Below are positions 11,182 to 21,220 of a stretch of DNA of 32,000 nt, one piece after another. Positions within the stretch are counted from its first letter, which is position 1, and every line of letters starts with the position of its first letter. The notes beneath the pieces are model-generated. The model made no database searches and was not told the origin of the DNA. It saw only the letters and a list, made by a program, of their open reading frames with translations. Made by a program: the position numbers and the translations under genes. The stretch is from Escherichia coli (GTDB taxonomy: Bacteria; Pseudomonadota; Gammaproteobacteria; Enterobacterales; Enterobacteriaceae), in assembly GCF_045689345.1 (NCBI RefSeq), contig NZ_CP137162.1; one strand, written 5' to 3'.

Positions 11182-11400
11182 TCATTCCTTATGCTCCTTA
11201 CACTGATCATCAACACCAACTACCTCCCCCTTTTGCCTGCCTCCCTTTGCTTTACGCACCGGGAATTGCTGACGTTCCAGATATTGCTCTACCGCTTCGC
11301 GTAAAATTGCAGATCGTGAAACCTTACGCCAGCCCCGAAGCTTGTTCAGCCGTTTAATTGCCTCTTCTGATAAATGAAGAAAAACCGTATTCATCGCCAT
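11182..11400 (-). CDS. yiiE: YiiE, small ribbon-helix-helix putative transcriptional regulator, paralog of YiiF
   Basis: MAMNTVFLHLSEEAIKRLNKLRGWRKVSRSAILREAVEQYLERQ... aligns with YiiF through the RHH core (LREAV(E/D)QYL). The tracked ORF starts at 11427. Confidence 0.78.
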   Translation of the reverse strand: MAMNTVFLHLSEEAIKRLNKLRGWRKVSRSAILREAVEQYLERQQFPVRKAKGGRQKGEVVGVDDQCKEHKE

Positions 11401-11493
11401 TACCACCACCTTACCTATATTACTCATTAATGTATGTGCGAAAATTACGCCGGAAAATCATTTAAAAAAAGCGGATTTTTGCATGTTGTTTTG

Positions 11494-11536
11494 TTTTTGC
11501 GAGGCGTTTTCCAGAAATAATAAGAGTGTTGCAGTT
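11494..11536. repeat. Upstream duplicated block, copy B (yiiE side)
   Basis: TTTTTGCGAGGCGTTTTCCAGA (11494-11515) and GTTGCAGTT (11528-11536), matching copy A. Confidence 0.8.
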
Positions 11537-11704
11537 GTTTCATTTATTACTCAAAAATGGTTTAGTTATCGCCCAGGATGAATTATGGGTGCTATGAATA
11601 TATTATATTCAGAGATATTTATTTGCATAATCTGAATGGTGTAGCCGAAAAACGTCAGCATCCTAACAGCACCAGGATTTAAGGTGAAATTAATCTTTCA
11701 TCAC

Positions 11705-11734
11705 AGACCGGTCAGTACTGCCACCAACCGGTCT
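11705..11734 (-). other. Stem-loop directly after the candidate small ORF
   Basis: AGACCGGT (11705-11712) and ACCGGTCT (11727-11734), perfect 8-bp arms; G-U/G-C pairs could extend the stem on the minus-strand RNA. No clear U tract. Confidence 0.5.
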
Positions 11735-11842
11735 TTACTTGCTCATCGTTATAATTTTGTTGGTAACAGTTCGGGAAAGTTGTTTTTCTAAATTAACAAC
11801 AGAATAACTTTCTTGTTTAATGAGATTAATATTGGCAACCAT
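11735..11842 (-). CDS. Candidate small protein, 35 aa (MVANINLIKQESYSVVNLEKQLSRTVTNKIITMSK)
   Basis: Absent from the supplied ORF track (too short). Minus-strand ATG at 11842 preceded by AAGGAGG-CTATA-ATG; stop TAA at 11737-11735, immediately followed by a stem-loop. Confidence 0.45.
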   Translation of the reverse strand: MVANINLIKQESYSVVNLEKQLSRTVTNKIITMSK

Positions 11843-12256
11843 TATAGCCTCCTTCCCACGGTTTAAGAGCAAACATACAACATAATTATTCATAACATAC
11901 AGAGCAGTAAATGAATGATACTGACAATGATGCTAGTCCATTATCTTTGCATAATATTTGTTAGCTATAGATTTTAAAAATATTTATGAGAAAAGTATGG
12001 CACCAGAGGGGGTTTTGACTATCAAAAATCGCTCAAACCTGAACTAAGATGATGAGTTAAGCATTATCTGCGATAATTGCCACTCAGCTCTACAAATAAT
12101 ATTTAAATGCTCCTGAACAGTGATGTAGCAAGACACGTATGGAGCCAACGAAGAATAAAAATTTATAGAGTTCTTATTCAATATAACCGGAATAGTCAGG
12201 GGCTGATGTAAATGACCGGAATGAGTAAGAGAGGCAGCACCGCCCCTCTCCATCAG

Positions 12257-13246
12257 CTACTCTTCTTCGTTCCCGCCCTCTTCATACGGGCCAAATGGCT
12301 TCGCGGGCAGAACGATATACGTGCCTTCAAACACTGCACCCGGCGTCTCGTCGCCAAAGATTTCAACTTGCATCTGCACCCGTGCTTTTCGTCCGCGCGC
12401 CAGACGGTCGAGATCGCCGCTTAAGGCACCAAGGTCGGCTACCGCATGAGGTTTACCGCTAATCGGCTTGCTGTAGCGGATATGCGCATCCGCCAGAATA
12501 ATCGTTCCGCCGAGATGGCGTTCGCGCAGCATCAGCCAGATAAGCCCCCAACCGGTGAGCGTCGCCAGCGAGAATAAACTCCCGGCAAACAGCGTATGGT
12601 GCGGATTCTGATTGCCGGTTTCCGGCATGGTGGTGATAAATTTTTGCCCGGTATATTGTTGAATACGCACGCCCATTTTTTCACTAAGCGGGATATGTTC
12701 GTACCACGCCTGTTGCAGCTGCGCGCACCAGTCGCCGCGATGCAAAATATCATCCAGAGTGGCGACGGGCTTAATCATCAAAAAATGGCGAATCGGCGTG
12801 GTGGTTGGCGTGGTGATTTCTCCCTGATTAACAAACCCCAGCTTGGCGAAAAACTCCACCGCGTCTTCACGGGCGCTACAGGTCACGCGCTTAACGCCTT
12901 CCTGACGCGCCACCGACTCCAGGGTCATCGCCATCAGCGTTCCTAACCCTTTGTCCTGCACGTCCGGGTGAACGGCCATAAAGCGAATGGACGCTTCATT
13001 GTCGGCATTAATATACAGTCGGCCTACCGCCACCAGATTACCCTGCTCGTCGACGACCATCTGGTGATGCGCCATCGCATCCCACGCGTCGCGTTCCGAA
13101 CCTTTTGGTTGATGCAGGGGCTTACGCAACATTTCCCAGCGAAACTGATAGTAACGCTCTAATTCTTCTTCTGTTTGTGGAACCCGAAGGTGATACATAG
13201 CGATACTCTCTCTTGTTTCCCGTGACAACCCTGGAAGCTGGCTCAT
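12257..13246 (-). CDS. fabY: FabY (YiiD), acetyl-CoA-dependent fatty acid initiation factor: N-terminal GNAT domain plus C-terminal thioesterase-like fold
   Basis: 329 aa with GNAT features ([22 protein letters not shown]) and C-terminal hotdog-like domain ([21 protein letters not shown]). Confidence 0.9.
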
Positions 13247-13680
13247 ACCTGCAACCAGAATGTCACGGGGCCATCATTGACCAGCGATACCTGCATATCG
13301 GCAGCGAAGCGTCCTGTTTGCGTGTTCATCTCTTGCTGACGGCAGCGTTCGACGAAATAGTCATATAACGCCTCTGCGCGATCCGGTGATGCACCTTTGG
13401 AGAAACTTGGGCGCATCCCCCGTTCGGTATCTGCGGCGAGGGTAAACTGGGAAACCACCAGCACACTGCCGCCCGCCTGTTGCACGTTGAGGTTCATCTT
13501 GCCTTCGGCATCGCTAAAGATGCGGTAGCCGAGCACACGCTCGCACAGACGGTTTGCTTTCTGTTCGTCGTCATCCTTTTCGACACCCAATAACACCAAA
13601 AGTCCCGCGCCAATTTCGCCCGTCACTTCTCCCTCCACGGTGACGCTGGCACGGGTTACGCGTTGAATTAATGCAATCAT
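13243..13680 (-). CDS. dtd: D-aminoacyl-tRNA deacylase
   Basis: 145 aa, [18 protein letters not shown]..., SQFTLAAD and [10 protein letters not shown] motifs. Confidence 0.96.
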
Positions 13681-14549
13681 GGTTCGTCGTCTTCTTCTTG
13701 TTCAGCTGCTTGTTTTAGTTTGCGGTATTCCCCGAGAGTGACAGTAATTTCCGCGCCAAGCAAGACGATACACCATGTCCAGTAGACCCAAACAAAGAGA
13801 ATGGGGATCACCGCCAACACGCCGTAAATGAGCTGATATGACGGAAACATGGTGATATAAAGCGCGAAACCTTTCTTTCCTGCTTCGAACAGGAGCGCGG
13901 CGACAAACGCGCCGACAATCGCGTCGCGGTTAGGTACGCGGATGGTAGGAACAATGCTGTACAGCAACCAGAAGGAGATCCACGACAACAGCAGCGGAAA
14001 AATACGCAGCACGTTATCGATGACAGTATTGAGATCGCTCGCCCAGCGCAGGGAGAGCAAATAGGAACTGATCGCCAGACTGGCCCCTGCCAGCAGCGGC
14101 CCCAGCGTTAAAATCATCCAGTACACGGCGAACGAGTAAATTTTTGGTCGCGCTCGTTTACTGCGCCAGATGGTATTCAACGCGCTATCGATGGAGTACA
14201 TCAGCAATAACGCGGTGACGATCAGCCCGCACGCCCCAACGGCGGTCATCTTGTTGGAATTGGCAACAAATTGTTCGATATACCGCTGAATAACATCGCC
14301 AGTAGCAGGAAGAAAGTTGGCAAAAATAAAGTGACGTAACTGAATGCTGACGTCGGAAAACATGGGAAAAGCGGCGAAAAGCGCAAAAACAACGGCAACC
14401 AGCGGCACTAATGAGAGCAACGACACATAGGCAAGGTTACCTGCCAGGGTTGTCATGTTGTCCTCATCAATGCGTTGCCAGAGTAGTTTTAGCCAGGCCC
14501 ATAGTGGACGGGTACGGTGCCTGGCTTTGTCCTGAATGGTTTTTAGCAT
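13677..14549 (-). CDS. yihY: YihY, BrkB/YihY family inner-membrane protein
   Basis: 290 aa, six predicted hydrophobic segments, [24 protein letters not shown]; overlaps dtd. Confidence 0.93.
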
Positions 14550-15142
14550 AACACCTTCGCGAAATAGTCCGGGATGGTGGTTTTATCTTTCACCAGAATA
14601 CTGGTAATGCCCAGCTGATTGGCTCCTTCTATATTATCGGCGTTATCGTCGAAAAAGACCGTATCGCTGGGTGAAAAACCTTCCGCCTGCAAAACATGCT
14701 GGTAAATTCGTGCTTCAGGTTTGCGCATCCCCAGATCTTGCGACAGATAGATATGGTCAGCAGCATCACGAATTTCCGGGTATTCTTCCGGCCAGAAGGT
14801 GGTATGCAGGCGGTTGGTATTGGAAAGCACCACCACGCGATGCCCCTGCTCACGCAGTTTATGCATGATGGCGATCACTTCCGGGCGCAGCGCAACAAAC
14901 ACCGCCTGCCAGCCGTGAGAGAACTGCTCGTAGCTTAGCGGTAGAGCCATCTCATGACACAGCGCCTCTGCGAACGCTTCGTCGCTAATTTCCCCACGCT
15001 CATGCTGATGAAACGCCTCCCCCATATGAAAACTCTTCTTAAGCGATGCCAGCGGAATACGCGTTAAATCGCTCCAGGCTCCCAGCACACGGTTAAAGTC
15101 GATATCGACAATCACATTACCTAAATCAAAGATATAGAGCAT
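14543..15142 (-). CDS. yihX: YihX, HAD-like alpha-D-glucose-1-phosphate phosphatase
   Basis: [19 protein letters not shown] (HAD motif I), [20 protein letters not shown]. 199 aa from the internal Met; the tracked ORF starts at 15163. Confidence 0.92.
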
Positions 15143-15240
15143 TTTTGCCTCCTTTCGCGCCACAAGAAATTAACTGTAGCGGGAAAGGATGGGTTTGGCT
15201 ATGTGGCAAGGTATGAAGCCAGGTTAACGGTCACAAAAAT

Positions 15241-16026
15241 CTACGCGTCTTCCTGGGGAAGAATGATTTCAATTTGGCTGTCTTGTAAGCGTGATTTTAG
15301 CGCAGCGGGCGGCAGCTCGTCGGTAAAGAGCGCAGTGACCTGTGCCACGTTACCAATTTCAACCGCCGCCGAAGCATGATACTTAGTGTGATCGGCGACC
15401 AGCAGAATATTTCTCGCGTGCGCCATCATCGTTTTCACCACGTTAGCTTCGTTTACATCAAACTCCATCAACGCGCCATCGCTCTCAATCGCCCCAACGC
15501 TTGTTACCAGATAATCAGCACGAAAATCAGCCACAAAGGACGCCGCTGAAGGGCCAATGATCCCGCTATTATGAGAGCGCAACGTACCGCCGGGCACCAT
15601 CACTTCAAAGCGCGGGTTGTGGTAAAGAATATGCGCCACACGCAGGCTGTTGGTGATTATCCGCAAATGATTATGGTTAAGTAACGCCCGGGCAACATGC
15701 TCAACAGTCGTACCAATGGTGATAAATATTGTTGAACCATCAGGAATATAGTCTGCCACCGCTTCGGCAATCGCTTTTTTTTCCTCGGTTTGCGAAACCT
15801 CACGCTGCTCGAACGCCGTATTAACGACGCTGGAAGCCCGACCCGCGCCACCGTGATGGCGCGTAATCAGGCCTTGCTCGCTTAATTTACGAATATCCCG
15901 GCGGACCGTCTGCGTGGAGACATCCAGCAGATTTGCCAGCTCATCAATATTCATATACCCACGCTCGGCGATCAGCATGAGGAGTTGGTCGTGCCGCGGG
16001 TTACCGGTTAGTTCGGTAAGGCTCAT
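15241..16026 (-). CDS. csqR: CsqR (YihW), DeoR-family repressor of the sulfoquinovose cluster
   Basis: 261 aa from Met at 16026, DeoR HTH (MNIDELANLLDVSTQTVRRDIRKLSEQGLITRHHGGA). Confidence 0.92.
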   Translation of the reverse strand: MSLTELTGNPRHDQLLMLIAERGYMNIDELANLLDVSTQTVRRDIRKLSEQGLITRHHGGAGRASSVVNTAFEQREVSQTEEKKAIAEAVADYIPDGSTIFITIGTTVEHVARALLNHNHLRIITNSLRVAHILYHNPRFEVMVPGGTLRSHNSGIIGPSAASFVADFRADYLVTSVGAIESDGALMEFDVNEANVVKTMMAHARNILLVADHTKYHASAAVEIGNVAQVTALFTDELPPAALKSRLQDSQIEIILPQEDA

Positions 16027-16059
16027 GAAAATTCCTCGAAAAACCATCACCCTGGCATT

Positions 16060-16956
16060 TTATACAAAAAGTGACAAAAAAGATCGGGTTTGATCACAGT
16101 CAGGGATCCCGGCTCGTCCACCGGGACGTGTGCATTTTAACGCCGCTACACCGCTGGCGAAGCGGACTGACTCCGCTAAATCCCCACTTGTTGCCAGCGC
16201 CACCGCCAAAGCGCCGTGAAAAACATCACCCGCACCTGTGGTATCTACCACATCAACTTTGAAGGCCGGTTGATGCTGACGCCCACCATTTTCCAGCCAG
16301 TCGCAGCCTGCGCTACCCTGGGTCACATAGACATGACCATTTGTGAGCGTTTGTGCCTGTTTTAGCGCACTGGCCATCTCTTTCACGCCCGTTAAGCGCG
16401 CCAGACCCGGTTCTGAAAAGGCCGCGTGATCGCTTAATGCCACCAGCTCACTGATATCCTGCGGCGTAATGTCCCCGTCCAGAACGGTCATCACACCCGC
16501 CTGACGGGCCAGGGTGAAGGCTTTTTTAGCGCCGTCGTGCCAGCGTACATCTGCCAGCACAACATCCCACTGAGAGAAATCAATTTCCTCCAACCACTCT
16601 GCGTCAGGCAGCAGATCCGGGCTGGGGTAGTTAATGATTATCCGCTCGCCTTTGGTATCCACCATGATGGCGGATTGCGAAGATTTCGCCTGGTTATACC
16701 GTTTGGTGTAACGGGTGTTAACGCCCCAGGATTCCAGCTCTGCCAGCAGGCTGTTGCCCGTGTCGTCATCACCTACGCGACCAATAAAATCGACCTGCGC
16801 CCCCAGCCTTGCCGCCGCAACCGCTGCCGTCGCCGCTGGCCCGCCACCAACTTCCGTATAATTTCTCGCCACGTATTTACCGCTCTCCGTCGGTAACCCT
16901 TCCACGTAATAGATGCGATCCATCACGGTTATACCTACACAAGCAACACGAATCAT
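16060..16956 (-). CDS. yihV: 6-deoxy-6-sulfofructose kinase (PfkB family)
   Basis: 298 aa, PfkB motifs (GGGPAATAAVAAARLG and DTTGAGDVFHGAL). Confidence 0.94.
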   Translation of the reverse strand: MIRVACVGITVMDRIYYVEGLPTESGKYVARNYTEVGGGPAATAAVAAARLGAQVDFIGRVGDDDTGNSLLAELESWGVNTRYTKRYNQAKSSQSAIMVDTKGERIIINYPSPDLLPDAEWLEEIDFSQWDVVLADVRWHDGAKKAFTLARQAGVMTVLDGDITPQDISELVALSDHAAFSEPGLARLTGVKEMASALKQAQTLTNGHVYVTQGSAGCDWLENGGRQHQPAFKVDVVDTTGAGDVFHGALAVALATSGDLAESVRFASGVAALKCTRPGGRAGIPDCDQTRSFLSLFV

Positions 16957-17009
16957 GGTCATTCCTTAAACATTTTGGGATGCGTTCATTTTAATTTCAC
17001 CAATTGTTT

Positions 17010-17100
17010 AAAAAGTGACGGCTGTCAATTTTTTGACGATAAATTACAAATACGATCAAAAACAGACAAGCAAAGCATGTCATAAATGACAAAAAGTGAC
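17010..17100. promoter_or_regulatory. Candidate CsqR operator region in the divergent yihV/yihU intergenic region
   Basis: AAAAAGTGAC at 17010-17019 and 17091-17100; inverted repeats GTCAA-TTTT-TTGAC (17024-17037) and GTCAT-AA-ATGAC (17079-17090). Confidence 0.5.
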
Positions 17101-17123
17101 ATCACTGTATTCAGGAGAGGGTT

Positions 17124-18020
17124 ATGGCAGCAATCGCGTTTATCGGTTTAGGACAAATGGGTTCGCCAATGGCGAGCAATTTATTGCAGCAAGGGCATCA
17201 ACTTCGCGTCTTTGATGTGAACGCCGAAGCTGTGCGGCATCTGGTAGACAAAGGTGCGACTCCCGCCGCCAACCCGGCGCAGGCCGCTAAAGATGCCGAA
17301 TTTATCATTACCATGTTGCCGAATGGCGATCTGGTGCGCAACGTGTTGTTCGGTGAAAACGGCGTTTGCGAAGGCTTATCTACCGATGCGCTGGTCATTG
17401 ATATGTCCACCATCCATCCGCTGCAAACCGATAAATTGATTGCCGATATGCAAGCCAAAGGCTTCAGCATGATGGATGTTCCGGTAGGCCGTACTTCTGC
17501 AAATGCCATTACCGGTACTCTGTTACTGCTGGCTGGCGGCACCGCTGAACAAGTTGAACGTGCCACACCGATCCTGATGGCGATGGGCAGTGAGTTGATC
17601 AACTCTGGCGGTCCGGGCATGGGGATCCGCGTTAAGCTCATCAACAACTACATGAGCATCGCGCTCAATGCGCTTTCGGCAGAAGCCGCCGTTTTGTGCG
17701 AAGCCCTGAATCTTCCCTTCGATGTTGCCGTCAAAGTGATGAGCGGTACCGCCGCCGGTAAAGGTCACTTCACCACTTCCTGGCCAAACAAAGTCCTCAG
17801 CGGAGATCTTTCTCCCGCCTTCATGATCGATCTTGCCCATAAGGATCTTGGCATCGCCCTTGATGTCGCCAACCAGCTGCATGTGCCAATGCCGCTGGGG
17901 GCCGCCTCACGGGAGGTTTATAGCCAGGCGCGCGCAGCGGGTCGCGGTCGCCAGGACTGGTCCGCCATTCTGGAACAGGTCCGTGTCAGTGCCGGGATGA
18001 CTGCCAAAGTAAAAATGTAA
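17124..18020 (+). CDS. yihU: 3-sulfolactaldehyde reductase (beta-hydroxyacid dehydrogenase family)
   Basis: 298 aa, Rossmann start [23 protein letters not shown], active-site region [10 protein letters not shown]. Confidence 0.94.
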   Translation: MAAIAFIGLGQMGSPMASNLLQQGHQLRVFDVNAEAVRHLVDKGATPAANPAQAAKDAEFIITMLPNGDLVRNVLFGENGVCEGLSTDALVIDMSTIHPLQTDKLIADMQAKGFSMMDVPVGRTSANAITGTLLLLAGGTAEQVERATPILMAMGSELINSGGPGMGIRVKLINNYMSIALNALSAEAAVLCEALNLPFDVAVKVMSGTAAGKGHFTTSWPNKVLSGDLSPAFMIDLAHKDLGIALDVANQLHVPMPLGAASREVYSQARAAGRGRQDWSAILEQVRVSAGMTAKVKM

Positions 18021-18043
18021 CGACTGGATAAAGGAATAAATGA

Positions 18044-18922
18044 ATGAATAAGTACACCATCAACGACATTACGCGCGCATCGGGCGGTTTTGCCATGCTG
18101 GCGGTCGATCAGCGCGAAGCCATGCGCATGATGTTTGCCGCGGCTGGGGCACCCGCTCCGGTAGCCGATAGCGTTTTAACTGATTTCAAAGTTAACGCTG
18201 CAAAGGCCCTCTCGCCTTATGCCTCGGCGATTCTGGTAGATCAACAATTCTGCTACCGCCAGGTGGTTGAGCAAAACGCGATTGCCAAAAGTTGCGCCAT
18301 GATTGTCGCCGCCGATGAGTTCATTCCTGGCAACGGTATTCCGGTCGATAGCGTGGTTATTGACCGCAAAATCAATCCGCTACAGATCAAACAAGACGGT
18401 GGCAAAGCCTTAAAACTGCTGGTGCTGTGGCGTAGTGATGAAGATGCGCAGCAACGTCTGGATATGGTGAAAGAGTTCAACGAACTGTGCCACTCACACG
18501 GTCTGGTAAGCATCATTGAGCCAGTCGTCCGCCCACCGCGTCGTGGCGATAAATTCGATCGCGAACAAGCGATCATCGATGCCGCCAAAGAGCTGGGCGA
18601 CAGTGGCGCTGACCTCTACAAAGTTGAAATGCCGCTTTATGGCAAAGGTCCGCAACAAGAGCTTCTCTGTGCTTCACAACGTCTGAATGACCATATCAAT
18701 ATGCCATGGGTGATCCTCTCTTCCGGTGTCGACGAAAAACTGTTCCCGCGTGCCGTACGCGTGGCAATGACGGCGGGCGCATCGGGATTCCTGGCAGGCC
18801 GTGCAGTCTGGGCATCGGTCGTCGGTTTACCAGACAACGAGCTGATGCTGCGTGACGTTTGCGCACCGAAATTACAACAACTTGGCGATATCGTCGACGA
18901 AATGATGGCTAAACGCCGCTAA
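18044..18922 (+). CDS. yihT: 6-deoxy-6-sulfofructose-1-phosphate aldolase (class I)
   Basis: 292 aa, [14 protein letters not shown] and YKVEMPLYG (Schiff-base Lys region). Confidence 0.94.
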   Translation: MNKYTINDITRASGGFAMLAVDQREAMRMMFAAAGAPAPVADSVLTDFKVNAAKALSPYASAILVDQQFCYRQVVEQNAIAKSCAMIVAADEFIPGNGIPVDSVVIDRKINPLQIKQDGGKALKLLVLWRSDEDAQQRLDMVKEFNELCHSHGLVSIIEPVVRPPRRGDKFDREQAIIDAAKELGDSGADLYKVEMPLYGKGPQQELLCASQRLNDHINMPWVILSSGVDEKLFPRAVRVAMTAGASGFLAGRAVWASVVGLPDNELMLRDVCAPKLQQLGDIVDEMMAKRR

Positions 18923-18938
18923 GATGAGGATAAAAGGA

Positions 18939-20180
18939 ATGAAATGGTTTAACACCCTAAGCCACAACCGTTGGCTGGAACAGGAAACCGACCGCATCTT
19001 TGATTTTGGTAAAAATTCCGTAGTGCCGACTGGTTTTGGCTGGTTAGGCAATAAAGGGCAAATCAAAGAAGAGATGGGCACCCATCTGTGGATCACCGCT
19101 CGTATGTTGCACGTTTATTCCGTTGCTGCGGCGATGGGTCGACCTGGCGCTTACTCGTTGGTTGATCACGGTATCAAAGCCATGAACGGCGCACTGCGTG
19201 ATAAAAAATATGGCGGCTGGTATGCCTGCGTGAATGACGAGGGCGTGGTGGATGCCTCCAAACAGGGCTATCAACACTTCTTTGCTCTGCTGGGTGCCGC
19301 CAGCGCCGTCACAACGGGTCACCCGGAAGCGCGCAAGCTGCTCGATTACACCATTGAAATTATCGAGAAATATTTCTGGAGCGAAGAAGAGCAGATGTGC
19401 CTGGAATCCTGGGACGAAGCCTTCAGCAAAACCGAAGAGTACCGCGGCGGCAATGCCAATATGCACGCGGTGGAAGCTTTCTTGATTGTTTATGACGTCA
19501 CTCACGACAAAAAATGGCTGGATCGCGCGATTCGCGTGGCTTCCGTGATTATCCACGACGTCGCCAGAAATAATCATTATCGCGTTAACGAACACTTCGA
19601 TACCCAGTGGAATCCGCTGCCGGATTACAACAAAGATAACCCGGCGCATCGCTTCCGCGCGTTCGGAGGTACACCAGGCCACTGGATCGAATGGGGCCGT
19701 TTAATGCTGCACATCCATGCTGCCCTGGAAGCCCGTTGCGAACAACCACCAGCATGGCTGCTAGAAGATGCCAAAGGTCTGTTTAACGCCACCGTGCGCG
19801 ATGCCTGGGCACCCGATGGCGCGGACGGGATTGTTTATACCGTTGACTGGGAAGGAAAACCGGTGGTCCGCGAACGTGTACGTTGGCCTATCGTCGAAGC
19901 AATGGGTACGGCCTACGCGCTCTACACCGTCACTGGCGATCGCCAGTATGAAACCTGGTATCAAACATGGTGGGAGTACTGCATTAAGTACCTGATGGAC
20001 TATGAAAATGGTTCCTGGTGGCAGGAGCTGGATGCGGACAATAAGGTCACCACCAAAGTCTGGGACGGCAAACAGGATATTTATCACCTGCTGCATTGCC
20101 TGGTGATCCCGCGTATCCCGTTAGCGCCCGGCATGGCTCCAGCGGTTGCAGCGGGTCTGCTGGATATTAATGCGAAATAA
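18939..20180 (+). CDS. yihS: Sulfoquinovose isomerase (AGE/YihS family)
   Basis: 413 aa from [12 protein letters not shown]; N-acyl-glucosamine 2-epimerase family features ([28 protein letters not shown]). Confidence 0.94.
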   Translation: MKWFNTLSHNRWLEQETDRIFDFGKNSVVPTGFGWLGNKGQIKEEMGTHLWITARMLHVYSVAAAMGRPGAYSLVDHGIKAMNGALRDKKYGGWYACVNDEGVVDASKQGYQHFFALLGAASAVTTGHPEARKLLDYTIEIIEKYFWSEEEQMCLESWDEAFSKTEEYRGGNANMHAVEAFLIVYDVTHDKKWLDRAIRVASVIIHDVARNNHYRVNEHFDTQWNPLPDYNKDNPAHRFRAFGGTPGHWIEWGRLMLHIHAALEARCEQPPAWLLEDAKGLFNATVRDAWAPDGADGIVYTVDWEGKPVVRERVRWPIVEAMGTAYALYTVTGDRQYETWYQTWWEYCIKYLMDYENGSWWQELDADNKVTTKVWDGKQDIYHLLHCLVIPRIPLAPGMAPAVAAGLLDINAK

Positions 20181-20207
20181 CTGATCTGAAAATAGGGTGC
20201 GGGTTTT

Positions 20208-20244
20208 CCCCTCACCCTAACCCTCTCCCCAAAGGGGTGAGGGG
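20208..20244. repeat. Interspersed hairpin-type repeat in the yihS-yihR gap
   Basis: CCCCTCACCC (20208-20217), TAACCCTCTCCCC, GGGTGAGGGG (20235-20244); perfect 10-bp inverted arms. The CCCTCACCCTAACCCTCTCCCC element is recalled as recurrent in enterobacterial genomes. Confidence 0.7.
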
Positions 20245-20293
20245 ACCGTCCGGTGCAGTTTTTGGGTTTGACATCAGCCTCACGGGAGGCTGT

Positions 20294-21220
20294 ATGTCGT
20301 TAATTAAGGTGCCTTGTATGCAAATCACCAATATGCATTGCAGTGGACAGACCGTTTCACTTGCCGCGGGGGATTATCACGCGACCATTGTGACCGTCGG
20401 TGCTGGTCTGGCTGAATTAACCTTTCAGGGTTGTCATTTAGTCATCCCGCACAAACCCGAAGAGATGCCGCTGGCGCATCTGGGTAAAGTGCTTATTCCG
20501 TGGCCGAACCGGATCGCCAACGGCTGTTACCGCTATCAGGGGCAGGAATATCATTTACCCATTAATGAACATAGTTCAAAAGCCGCTATTCACGGGCTGC
20601 TTGCCTGGCGAGACTGGCAAATTAGTGAATTAACCGCCACCAGCGTTACCCTGACAGCTTTTCTGCCGCCCAGTTACGGCTATCCGTTTATGCTGGCTTC
20701 ACAAGTTGTTTATTCGCTCAACGCACACACGGGTCTTTCCGTTGAGATCGCAAGCCAGAATATCGGCACTGTCGCAGCGCCTTATGGCGTGGGTATTCAT
20801 ACTTATTTAACCTGCAACTTAACATCTGTTGATGAATATCTGTTCCAGCTTCCGGCAAACCAGGTTTATGCCGTTGATGAACACGTAAATCCGACAACGC
20901 TTCACCACGTTGATGAGCTGGATTTAAATTTCACTCAGGCGAAAACAATAGCCGCGACAAAAATCGACCACACCTTTAAAACCGCTAATGATCTGTGGGA
21001 AATAACCATTACCCATCCACAACAGGCGCTTTCGGTTAGCCTTTGTTGCGATCAACCCTGGGTACAAATTTATAGCGGTGAAAAATTACAGCGTCAGGGA
21101 CTGGCAGTTGAACCTATGAGTTGCCCGCCTAACGCCTTTAATTCAGGTATCGACTTATTATTACTGGAACCAGGAAAACCGCACCGCCTGTTTTTTAACA
21201 TTTACGGACAGAGAAAATAA
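20294..21220 (+). CDS. yihR: YihR, aldose-1-epimerase family protein (sulfoquinovose mutarotase)
   Basis: 308 aa from Met at 20294; galactose mutarotase-like fold motifs (PWPNRIANGCYRYQG, NEHSSKAAIHGLL). The tracked start at 20237 lies in the repeat and is probably wrong. Confidence 0.9.
   Translation: MSLIKVPCMQITNMHCSGQTVSLAAGDYHATIVTVGAGLAELTFQGCHLVIPHKPEEMPLAHLGKVLIPWPNRIANGCYRYQGQEYHLPINEHSSKAAIHGLLAWRDWQISELTATSVTLTAFLPPSYGYPFMLASQVVYSLNAHTGLSVEIASQNIGTVAAPYGVGIHTYLTCNLTSVDEYLFQLPANQVYAVDEHVNPTTLHHVDELDLNFTQAKTIAATKIDHTFKTANDLWEITITHPQQALSVSLCCDQPWVQIYSGEKLQRQGLAVEPMSCPPNAFNSGIDLLLLEPGKPHRLFFNIYGQRK

Noticed and set aside
12044-12253. 69-aa minus-strand ORF downstream of fabY
   Set aside because: No recognisable family, no strong ribosome-binding site seen, and low-complexity composition. 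Kept only as part of the unexplained gap.
20237-20293. N-terminal extension of yihR from the ATG at 20237
   Set aside because: The start lies in the interspersed repeat. The Met at 20294 gives the expected family N-terminus.
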